Shown here: positions 9,172 through 17,662 of the stretch, piece by piece
Layout: every line of letters starts with the position of its first letter
Position numbering within the stretch: position 1 is the first letter of the stretch
Source: Promethearchaeia archaeon
GTDB taxonomy: Archaea > Asgardarchaeota > Lokiarchaeia > Sigyniarchaeales > SOKP01
DNA length: 32,000 nt
NCBI GenBank assembly: GCA_046497275.1
Contig: JAWOFX010000061.1
Coordinates: 30,001-62,000 of the forward strand
Direction of reading: 5' to 3'
Notes under the pieces: generated by a model
Databases searched by the model: none
The model's input: the letters and a program-made list of their open reading frames with translations, nothing else
Told to the model about the DNA's origin: nothing
Position numbers and translations under genes: made by a program

Positions 9172-10290
9172 TTAATTAAAGACAATTTCGTTTTGCTCTA
9201 TATCTGTGATTTCATAAATTCTTGCCGCAAGTGTTTGAGGATCCACAGTATTTCTATTCATCAAGTACTTTTCAAAATTATAATGATTATATAATTGTTT
9301 CTGAATCCAATCTTCTATACTATGTTTATATTGCATATTAAGATATTCAGAAAATTTTTCTTGAATTATTGCTGCTTCAAAACCGATTGGGTTGTATTGA
9401 AATGCATATTTATTCTGATCTTCATAATATAATTTTTCATCCAAATATAGCATTGAACTACGCAATTTTTTCTTAAAATTATTATTATTCCATATTTTTA
9501 AGTTTTGATCCAAATCAAATAACTTAGCAATACCTAATAAAGTAAAGGACAAATAACCCTCAGAAATTTTTCTGAAATGATCTTTTAAAAGTGTTTTAGC
9601 AGCGATTGATTTGATATAATTCCGTGATATCTTTTTTATATCTAAATTTTTGCTTCTTATTAGCATTCTTATAAATTTATCAAATTTTATTAAAGAATCC
9701 AAATTTTTGAAGAATTTACTTGAACTATTTAATATTTCTTTGGAGTTTCTTAATTGTGTAAATTTATAGGCCATAAGTGAGAACCATAATTGTTGATTAA
9801 AGGTGGTGTGAATATCTAAAATTTTTCCATCAATTCCCAAAGTATGCCACAAATTATATTCATAATTAAACTTATGTTTTGAAATAACGTCTTCAACAAT
9901 ATCCAAATATAATTCATCGTTTAGCACTTCATATGCCTTAATAAGCGATTCAATAATCCATGCTTGCCCAATTAGTCCATTTCCATTTATAGCAGGATCA
10001 TCAGATTCTCTACATTTGAAAGAAAAATTGAATGGTCTATTATTCTTTCGAATAACATAATCATAACCTCTTTTCGCATTGGATTTGAATTTAGACTCAT
10101 TAGTACGCCTATATGCCTCGAGGAGTAGAATTCCATAATGTGCTGTGACACGGAGGGGAGTATCTTTATTATTCCACGGTCCATTTTTTCCTGGAGGAAA
10201 AGATCCATTATCATTCTGAATATTGATTGCGGTTAAAGCTGAATTTAGAATTAAGTCATTCAAATTTATTTTTTTTCTAGATTCAATCAT
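9172..10290 (-). CDS. aglQ: AglQ-like protein (alpha/alpha-barrel type, glycosylation-cluster associated)
   Basis: N-terminal GSFPPGKNGPWNNKDTPLRVTAH, NGLIGQAW and TFNQQLWF resemble the haloarchaeal AglQ family as recalled from memory. Not confirmed by a search. Confidence 0.55.
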   Translation of the reverse strand: MIESRKKINLNDLILNSALTAINIQNDNGSFPPGKNGPWNNKDTPLRVTAHYGILLLEAYRRTNESKFKSNAKRGYDYVIRKNNRPFNFSFKCRESDDPAINGNGLIGQAWIIESLIKAYEVLNDELYLDIVEDVISKHKFNYEYNLWHTLGIDGKILDIHTTFNQQLWFSLMAYKFTQLRNSKEILNSSSKFFKNLDSLIKFDKFIRMLIRSKNLDIKKISRNYIKSIAAKTLLKDHFRKISEGYLSFTLLGIAKLFDLDQNLKIWNNNNFKKKLRSSMLYLDEKLYYEDQNKYAFQYNPIGFEAAIIQEKFSEYLNMQYKHSIEDWIQKQLYNHYNFEKYLMNRNTVDPQTLAARIYEITDIEQNEIVFN

Positions 10291-10301
10291 GTTGCTCTCA
10301 C

Positions 10302-11129
10302 TTAAAATTTTTCAAGATGGATAATGTCATTAGAATTCTTTCTACCGGGGGCTTTTGGTTTACTTGTTGGATTTTTACCTATTGCGATAACACTAATAAT
10401 TTTTAATTCATCTGGAAGATTAATTACTTTTCGGAGTATAGCCCTTTTATTATCCGAGACCTCCATTTTTCCAAAATTAACCCAACAAGCTCCATATCCT
10501 AAGGATTCAGCAGCTAGTAAGAGATTTTGTATAGCGGCTCCAGCATCTAAATACGGGGTATAATTAATTTCCTTACCATTATATGTTTCCATATTTATAA
10601 GAGCTAAAACACAGCTAGGAGCATTTATTAAAAATTTTTGATTTCTTAGTTCAGAAATTAGTTTAATTGTTTCTTTATCATTCACTAATACAAAGTGCCA
10701 AGGTTGTCTATTGCATGAAGAGGGTGCCCATTTTGCCATATTAACAATTTTTTCAAAATCATTTTTATTCAACTCACTACCTTCCCACGATCTTACACTC
10801 CTTCTTTCTTTAATGATACTTTGAAGATTGTCTTTTGTTTGGTTAGATATTTCTTTGGGTTTCTTTTCGCGTTGTTTTCCATATAATATTGACTCACACC
10901 ATTCAATTTCATCTTTAGAAAGTAATTTTCTTTTTTTAGCTTCAGAAAAGTATTTTCGACCAAGTACCATAAATAATGGGTCAGATTTGTCTTGATCAAT
11001 TCTACTCTTTTCGACGGTATGAACATAAAAGCGTAGCATTGCTTCTAACTTACTATTCTTAATTCTCTTTGGATTCTTATAAAATGCAAGAAATAAGTAT
11101 TTTATAGCCTTAATAGTTTTTCTTATCAT
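10302..11129 (-). CDS. Nitroreductase family protein with N-terminal extension
   Basis: RRSVR, APSSCNRQPW, DAGAAIQNLLLAA..LGYGACW. The N-terminal extension (LRFYVHTVEKS) is of the type seen in polysaccharide-locus nitroreductases. Confidence 0.85.
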   Translation of the reverse strand: MIRKTIKAIKYLFLAFYKNPKRIKNSKLEAMLRFYVHTVEKSRIDQDKSDPLFMVLGRKYFSEAKKRKLLSKDEIEWCESILYGKQREKKPKEISNQTKDNLQSIIKERRSVRSWEGSELNKNDFEKIVNMAKWAPSSCNRQPWHFVLVNDKETIKLISELRNQKFLINAPSCVLALINMETYNGKEINYTPYLDAGAAIQNLLLAAESLGYGACWVNFGKMEVSDNKRAILRKVINLPDELKIISVIAIGKNPTSKPKAPGRKNSNDIIHLEKF

Positions 11130-11572
11130 TTATATTAGATACTCACAAATCTTATTTTAAAATGAATTTAAGATTATTTTAAAACTTTTGCTATCCTTAA
11201 ATTCATAATTGAATACAAAATTCTATTCTGTTATTGTATAATATTCATATATATTCTCCTAATTGATTGCCCACCATTTAGATGGAAGTAAAACAGTTTT
11301 ATGGAGAGGAACCTTTTAGATTAAAAAAGAATTTTTAATTTGTTTTTATAATCATTATGAAACAGGTGAAAATTATAATCTTATTTTTCTAGTTTTATAC
11401 ATTAAAATAAATTCAATATAAAAGTGAAAAAACTTTTATAACCATTAAGAAAATATTATCAATATAGAATGCAATTAATAATACTTAATTCAAGATTTTT
11501 AGAAAAGTCTCTTTATTTAAAATTTAAAATTAAGGAATAATAAAATTTTGATTCAGTTCAAATTATTCGGGT

Positions 11573-12277
11573 GTGCAACAAATTAATAAAAAAAAGTATG
11601 GGACAGATTACGAGAAAGAGATTCTTGAATATTTGATGAATAATCCAAGCGGTTTAACTAAAACCGATATTGCTAATGGGACGGGGTTTTCGAGAAATAC
11701 GGTATCAAAATATATCTCTATTTTAGAAAAGAAAGAAGAAGTCTATAAGAAGAAGGTTGGAGCTTACAATTTGTATTTTAGTACAAAACAAGCGTTTTTT
11801 CCCAAAAGAATTGCGCTTTCTTATTATAAAGCAATAATCGCGGGGATAAAAAATCATTATCCTTCTGAAGAGGATTTATTAAAACAAATCGGTAGAGAAA
11901 GTCTAAAATATATAGATTTTGAACAAAGTGAGAAATCTAAGAAGCAGTTAAAAGGAATAAGGGGAAATCCAATTATAAAACTCTATTTTGAGGTATTCAG
12001 AAAATTTTATCCATCGTTTGATTTATTGCAACCAAATATTAAAATATCTGAACCAGAAATTCAGAACTCAGGTAAAAAAGCTGTTTATCGATTTACCAAT
12101 TCAGAATTTATAGAAGATTCTGAAGATTTTATTTATCATTTTTATATCATAGCAGGAATCATTGAGAAACAATTTTCTGATCTTTTTAACCGTGTAATTA
12201 AATGTAATATTGAGAACGTCAATATATCTGATACTCAAGGCGAATCATTCATTGATATTTCAATAACTGTTGAATAG
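11573..12277 (+). CDS. Winged-helix transcription regulator with C-terminal ligand-binding (V4R/HNOB-like) domain, Lokiarchaeia-type
   Basis: N-terminal HTH (GLTKTDIANGTGFSRNTVSKYISILE) and a C-terminal YIIAGIIE...C segment typical of V4R-like folds. Confidence 0.7.
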   Translation: MQQINKKKYGTDYEKEILEYLMNNPSGLTKTDIANGTGFSRNTVSKYISILEKKEEVYKKKVGAYNLYFSTKQAFFPKRIALSYYKAIIAGIKNHYPSEEDLLKQIGRESLKYIDFEQSEKSKKQLKGIRGNPIIKLYFEVFRKFYPSFDLLQPNIKISEPEIQNSGKKAVYRFTNSEFIEDSEDFIYHFYIIAGIIEKQFSDLFNRVIKCNIENVNISDTQGESFIDISITVE

Positions 12278-12411
12278 ATTTAAATTTTTTCGAAAATGTT
12301 CTATTTTTTTAATATGATGAGAATTATGTAGAAGAAAATTCAAATAAAATGAAAATATAAGATCAATTTATTATTATTATTGTATTTAAAACATAAAAAA
12401 TAATCATAACT

Positions 12412-13176
12412 ATGAATGAAAAAAAAGAATATGACAATGCAACTGACTTTCAAAGAAAACTATATAATACAGATATAAAAAAGGATACATATAGGATCTT
12501 TCTTATCAGAAAGATCATTGAAAAATTAATTACTAAGGATCCAAAAACTAATAATAAAATTTTAGATGTGGGATGTGGTGATGGTGAATTATTATACCCT
12601 TTTATTAATAAATCTGATACTTATGGATTTGATATAGCCGATAAACTAATAAATAAAGCTAAGAAAAAAGGAATAAAAGCCAGTGTTTTAAATCTTGAAT
12701 CTTCGAAATTTCCATTTTCCGATGAATTTTTTGATATTATAATTTGTTCTCAAGTAATTGAGCATATCGTTAATACAGATCATTTATTAAGTGAAATAAA
12801 TAGAGTTGTAAAAAAAAATGAAACCCTAATTATTTCATTTCCTAATATAAATCAACCAGCATCTTTTTTAATACAATTAATTTATGATTTGCCTCCAGTG
12901 TTCGCTGCACGATATAAATCTCCTCATGTAAGGGATTTTACATTAAAAACTATAAAAATTGCTTTAAAAAATAATGGATTTATAGTTAAAAATGTAATTC
13001 CTACTTATATATTTCCATTCAATAATAGAATCTCAAGTTTATTTGCAAAAATTTTCATTCGATTTAGTCATAGAATTATTCTAGTATGTCAAAAGATAAG
13101 AAAAGTTAAGAAAAAATACCAGACTATTCCAATAATGGGAGAAGATAAATTTGAACCTCATCAAATAAAAATATAA
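12412..13176 (+). CDS. Class I SAM-dependent methyltransferase
   Basis: ILDVGCGDG motif I, FDIIICSQVIEH, and a later PHVRDFT segment. Confidence 0.9.
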   Translation: MNEKKEYDNATDFQRKLYNTDIKKDTYRIFLIRKIIEKLITKDPKTNNKILDVGCGDGELLYPFINKSDTYGFDIADKLINKAKKKGIKASVLNLESSKFPFSDEFFDIIICSQVIEHIVNTDHLLSEINRVVKKNETLIISFPNINQPASFLIQLIYDLPPVFAARYKSPHVRDFTLKTIKIALKNNGFIVKNVIPTYIFPFNNRISSLFAKIFIRFSHRIILVCQKIRKVKKKYQTIPIMGEDKFEPHQIKI

Positions 13177-13224
13177 GACTAAATTTTTATTATAAACAAA
13201 AGTTATATTGATGTTGAAATTTTA

Positions 13225-16200
13225 ATGAAATTTAATCAGAAGGAAAACGCTTATCCATATATAACTATTTTCAAAAAAGAACCATTCAAATCATTTGTCC
13301 AAGTTGGAAAACAAGAGATTGGCTCTTTTTATTTTAGTCAATATGATAAAATAATTGAATTTTTAAATTTTTTTAAATCAAATATTTTTGATTTTAAGAA
13401 TTTATCACTCAAAAATCTTTATTGGTTTCTCTTATTAATCAAATTTCTCAGAGAAGATATAACGGAAGAACTTAAAGGAAGAATAATAGATTTTATTTCG
13501 GTTTGTGAAATAGAAAAGAATGGAATGTTAGGTTTTATAAGATCTCCCTATTCTCAGCAAAAGAAACCCGATCTCTGGTCTACGTATTATGCATTATCAA
13601 GTCTAAGAATAATTAATTATCTTAAATTATATTTGAAATCAAAAGGAGAAACTGTAGTACTAACAGAAATCAAAGAATTTATTAATGTCCATGATAAAAA
13701 GGAAAAATTTATTCATTGTTTAGAACAAGATTGTGAGATATGCAAGAAATCTCCCAACTCAAGAACGTTATATTATGTATTAGAGTTATTAATCTTATTA
13801 GGGTATGATATTAGAAACCAGAAATCAAAATATTCATCTTATGTTGGAGTTTTAAAAGAAGATCCGGATATTGGTTTTAAAACCTTATGTCTTAAGTTTT
13901 TAGATTTAGAACTTCAAGTAACAGATAATCAAATCCAATATTTACATGAATTCCAATTAGAAGATGGAGGTTTCAGTTTTAAAGATAATTCATCTAATAT
14001 AAATAGCACATTTTGGATTAGTTATACATTTGAAAATTATTCATGGATTTTGGATTATAATCCTTCAGGAATCTATTCTTTTGTAAATCTAAATTTAAAT
14101 AAAATATTAGAAAATCAATCTTCTTGGGATTTGGGTTGCCTTAATGATATTTCAAAACTTATTATAATTTTATCAATTATCTGGAATAAATTTATTGAGG
14201 AGATTGAAAGAACCTTATTCAAAGAGATTGAAAATAAAGAGTATATTGAATTAAAACAGTTGAGAAATTTATTCGGAATTTCTAATGTGGTTGAAGAAAT
14301 AATCTCATATCTCAATTTGAATTATACATTTAATCTCAAAATTTTAAATAACAATATAGAGTTTAAAAACTTCTTAAGAAACTTAACCCCGAGTGAAAAA
14401 ATACTGGCCTCAGAATTTTATGAACAAATTTCGAATAAAAGTGTGGTTTCATTGACCGAAATAATTAAAAAATTTAATTCCAGATATCAAGATCAGCAGA
14501 TTAAAGTAAATGAACTTAGCAATTTGATCCATAAAATGAAAGACCTACACTTCTTTGAAGGGGAGATTAAAACTAAGAAAAAATTCTTAATTCGTACAAA
14601 ATATTATTTTTATTTAGACTTTATTTTAGAAAAAATAATTGTCTCAGATACAAAAATTAATACTGATCGGTTATTTGAAGAGAAAAAAATCCTGAGAGAT
14701 ATTAAAAATGACATATATAATATGACACTAAAATTACAAAATATAATACCACAAATTAGAGAGGAAATAGAAAGTTACCTTTATATCAATGAAATAGAAA
14801 TAGCGCGTCAAAGACTACGCTTCATTGTCAGAGATGCGCTTATGGAAGCCGATTTTTTGAATGAAAATATTGAGAATTCATTTAATGAAGATTTATATTA
14901 CATAAACCTTAGAGCAACTCTTGGAGCAGAAATAAATAGATGGAACCAATTATATTCTATATTAAGTTCAAATCTCAAAGAGGTTAATTCTCAATTACAC
15001 GAAAAGATAACTGAAAAAGAAGAAATAAAAAAATATAACCATCTCTTAAATGAATTGGATACTCGTTTGAAAAATTTAGATAATTATTTTAATAAGAGGA
15101 TCAATAATTTTAGGAAGTTTTTAAGCGAATCTCTCCAAGATGGTTATAATGATAAAAAATTTGGTTTAATTCTTGAAGAATTTAATTCTATAATTTTAAA
15201 ACTGGATAAATTTGATGAAGCAATCTATAAAATTTCTCAAAAAATAACGCTGAAAGAAGAGAAGTTAATTGAAAAGCATAAAAAATTAATCTCTTATTGG
15301 ATTAGCATAAAAAACGATTTAAAGAAAGTAATTACGTATTATTCAGACGGGTTAGATTACTTTCAAAACACTAACGAAAGAATAGAAGAGCTTCATAGTA
15401 ATTTAAATAATCAAATTTCTATTATAGATAAACGAGCGAAGCAAAAAGTAGATGAAGATGATTTTCAAGCAGCTTTTGAATTAATTAAAAAAGAACTAGA
15501 TATTATTTTAGAAGAAAAGCTTGGCGAGATAAAAGAAATTCAAAAAAGGGTAAAGAAACAAATAAAAAAAAAACAGAAGTTATTTATTCTGTTTAAATAT
15601 TTACAAGAAAAACTTGAATTAATGGAAGAAAAAATAATAGAAATCATCTCAGAGAAAAACCAAGTTCTAAAAGAAAAAGTTATCAAAGAAAGAAATAGAG
15701 CTAAAATAGAAAAATTTGATAATTTTGTCTCGGAAAATATACAAGAGTGCCGCAAAAAACTGATAAATCGTAAGAAAAATCTTGATGAGAAACATTATAT
15801 CCGTTCTATAAGTATTCACGATTTAAATAAGGAATTAAACAATCTCTTAGAATATTTTGAAGAATTAGATGAAAAATATGAAGAGTTTCTTGAGGAAAAT
15901 AAAAAATTAATCCATAATTTCGAAGAAAAATCTAATTTGACGATTATGCAATGGCAAAAATTCAAGGAATATTTTATGAATGAAATTGAAAATTCAAAAA
16001 ATGAATATACTAATAGAATTATTATTGAATATATTTACAATGCTTCTGAAAAATCTGGAACTAATTATGTGGATTTAAAATCCTTATCTAAGAAGTTGAA
16101 TTTAAAATGTAAGGAAACTAATTCAAGAATAAAAGAAATGATAGAATTTTCAAAATTTAATGGGGAGCTTCATGAAGATGATAAAGAAGTATTAGTTTAC

Positions 16201-17655
16201 ACAGATTCATATTATAAAAATAAAGAACTTCGTGATTTCATTAATGATAAAATTATTCGATATAATAATGAAACCATCAGTAAGACTCTAAGCTTATATG
16301 ATTCATGTATTAGGAATAGGACTCTAAGTATTAATATATTAGAATTATCTAATAGAATTAATGATCTAAATGATTTTGATACATTATTAAATGAAAGGTT
16401 CAGCCAAAAAGTTAAAGAACTTGATATAGATCTTGAGAATAGAAAATCATATAAGGAAACATATGAATATTTTGATTCTATCATTCAGGATTCAAAAATA
16501 GCAATAAAAAAAATTAAAAGAAATTTAGATTTATTTAAGAATCTTCAAAATTCAATTGAAGAGAAATATAATTCATTATCAATCGGCATAGACCAAGAAA
16601 TTAAAAGCATTAATACTGTAATCGAAGAGTCAAAATTGTATGAAAAGATTAAAGATTATTTTAATGAGAAAAAGGAGAAATTTGAAGAAAAAATCAAGGA
16701 AGTTCAAACTGATATTGAAGAGGATTTAAAAGAAGAATTAGAAAGAAATTCTAAGACTAAAAAGTTAATACCAGAATTGCGTGAAATTTTTGTAAAAAAG
16801 AAAAATTTATTTTTAGAAAATTATAACCAAAAAATCAAAAATATCAATCAAAAAATAATAATCAGAAGAAATGAGCTATTTCAAGGGGAATTATTAAAAT
16901 ATATTAATAATAGTAAGATAAAACTCAGTCAATTTTTAGGTATGCTTCAAACACGTGTAGAAGATAATATCGAAATTAAAGAATTTAAACATGCTTATTC
17001 TAAAATTGAGACCCGTGTTGAGAAAATAGAAGAAACAATTCAGGAAATTAATTCTGAAATCCAAAAAAAGGTGAATGAGTATAGTAAAAAAGCAAATGAT
17101 TTTGAAAATAAGAACAAATATATTATAGATAACTTTAAACACTATCTTAATGAATATGATTCAATATTGGTTGAGAAAGTCAAAACGCTTGAACGATTAA
17201 TATTAAAATCCTTTATCGAAATGGCAATTAAAGCAGTTTCAAATGAATTTCTCACAGTCTCTTTCCTACATAAAGAATTAAATATAAAAAAGCAAAATAT
17301 ACAAGATCATATCCTTACTCTCATAAGCTCTGGAGATTTATCCGGCAAGTATAACCCTAGAATCTGTGTTTATTATGAGGATCCTAAAGTGTTAGAAAAT
17401 ATGGATGAGAAGGAGCTTCAGGTCATAAAATCCATGAACTATAAAATGTACCGGTTTTTAAATCGATTGAAAAATTTTACGACTCATTATTCTTCAATAA
17501 TCGCGTTCTTTGTATCAATCGTGACCCTTTCTTATTACTTACTTCTACTCAGTGGATTCAATCCTTTTGTATTAATAATTCCAGCAATCATAATTATAGG
17601 CTTGATATATTATTTATTGAAAAAAAGACAAGAGGAAGAAGATATCGAAATTTAA
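13225..17655 (+). CDS. 1476-aa membrane-anchored multidomain protein: prenyltransferase/squalene-cyclase-like barrel, several PCI-type winged helices, long coiled coils and 2 C-terminal TM helices
   Basis: Repeats GMLGF...PDLWSTYYAL, PNSRTLYYVL and QLEDGGF...INSTFW. WH-like motifs include FLTVSFLHKELN...LISSGDLSGKYN and YVDLKSLSKKLN...FNGEL. Long E/K/L/I-rich heptad stretches; hydrophobic hairpin SIIAFFVSIV...LIYYLL followed by KKR. Confidence 0.75.
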   Translation: MKFNQKENAYPYITIFKKEPFKSFVQVGKQEIGSFYFSQYDKIIEFLNFFKSNIFDFKNLSLKNLYWFLLLIKFLREDITEELKGRIIDFISVCEIEKNGMLGFIRSPYSQQKKPDLWSTYYALSSLRIINYLKLYLKSKGETVVLTEIKEFINVHDKKEKFIHCLEQDCEICKKSPNSRTLYYVLELLILLGYDIRNQKSKYSSYVGVLKEDPDIGFKTLCLKFLDLELQVTDNQIQYLHEFQLEDGGFSFKDNSSNINSTFWISYTFENYSWILDYNPSGIYSFVNLNLNKILENQSSWDLGCLNDISKLIIILSIIWNKFIEEIERTLFKEIENKEYIELKQLRNLFGISNVVEEIISYLNLNYTFNLKILNNNIEFKNFLRNLTPSEKILASEFYEQISNKSVVSLTEIIKKFNSRYQDQQIKVNELSNLIHKMKDLHFFEGEIKTKKKFLIRTKYYFYLDFILEKIIVSDTKINTDRLFEEKKILRDIKNDIYNMTLKLQNIIPQIREEIESYLYINEIEIARQRLRFIVRDALMEADFLNENIENSFNEDLYYINLRATLGAEINRWNQLYSILSSNLKEVNSQLHEKITEKEEIKKYNHLLNELDTRLKNLDNYFNKRINNFRKFLSESLQDGYNDKKFGLILEEFNSIILKLDKFDEAIYKISQKITLKEEKLIEKHKKLISYWISIKNDLKKVITYYSDGLDYFQNTNERIEELHSNLNNQISIIDKRAKQKVDEDDFQAAFELIKKELDIILEEKLGEIKEIQKRVKKQIKKKQKLFILFKYLQEKLELMEEKIIEIISEKNQVLKEKVIKERNRAKIEKFDNFVSENIQECRKKLINRKKNLDEKHYIRSISIHDLNKELNNLLEYFEELDEKYEEFLEENKKLIHNFEEKSNLTIMQWQKFKEYFMNEIENSKNEYTNRIIIEYIYNASEKSGTNYVDLKSLSKKLNLKCKETNSRIKEMIEFSKFNGELHEDDKEVLVYTDSYYKNKELRDFINDKIIRYNNETISKTLSLYDSCIRNRTLSINILELSNRINDLNDFDTLLNERFSQKVKELDIDLENRKSYKETYEYFDSIIQDSKIAIKKIKRNLDLFKNLQNSIEEKYNSLSIGIDQEIKSINTVIEESKLYEKIKDYFNEKKEKFEEKIKEVQTDIEEDLKEELERNSKTKKLIPELREIFVKKKNLFLENYNQKIKNINQKIIIRRNELFQGELLKYINNSKIKLSQFLGMLQTRVEDNIEIKEFKHAYSKIETRVEKIEETIQEINSEIQKKVNEYSKKANDFENKNKYIIDNFKHYLNEYDSILVEKVKTLERLILKSFIEMAIKAVSNEFLTVSFLHKELNIKKQNIQDHILTLISSGDLSGKYNPRICVYYEDPKVLENMDEKELQVIKSMNYKMYRFLNRLKNFTTHYSSIIAFFVSIVTLSYYLLLLSGFNPFVLIIPAIIIIGLIYYLLKKRQEEEDIEI

Positions 17656-17662
17656 AATATTT

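Noticed and set aside
11140-11335. Possible degraded ORF upstream of the nitroreductase (KVPLHKTVLLPSKWWAIN*ENIYEYY... on -, or MEVKQFYGEEPFRLKKNF on +)
   Set aside because: Short, interrupted by stops, and no family recognisable by eye.
12412-14200. Methyltransferase plus prenyltransferase-like domain as a CAAX-type processing pair
   Set aside because: CAAX methyltransferases are integral membrane ICMT enzymes, whereas this one is a soluble class I protein. Adjacency alone is not enough.
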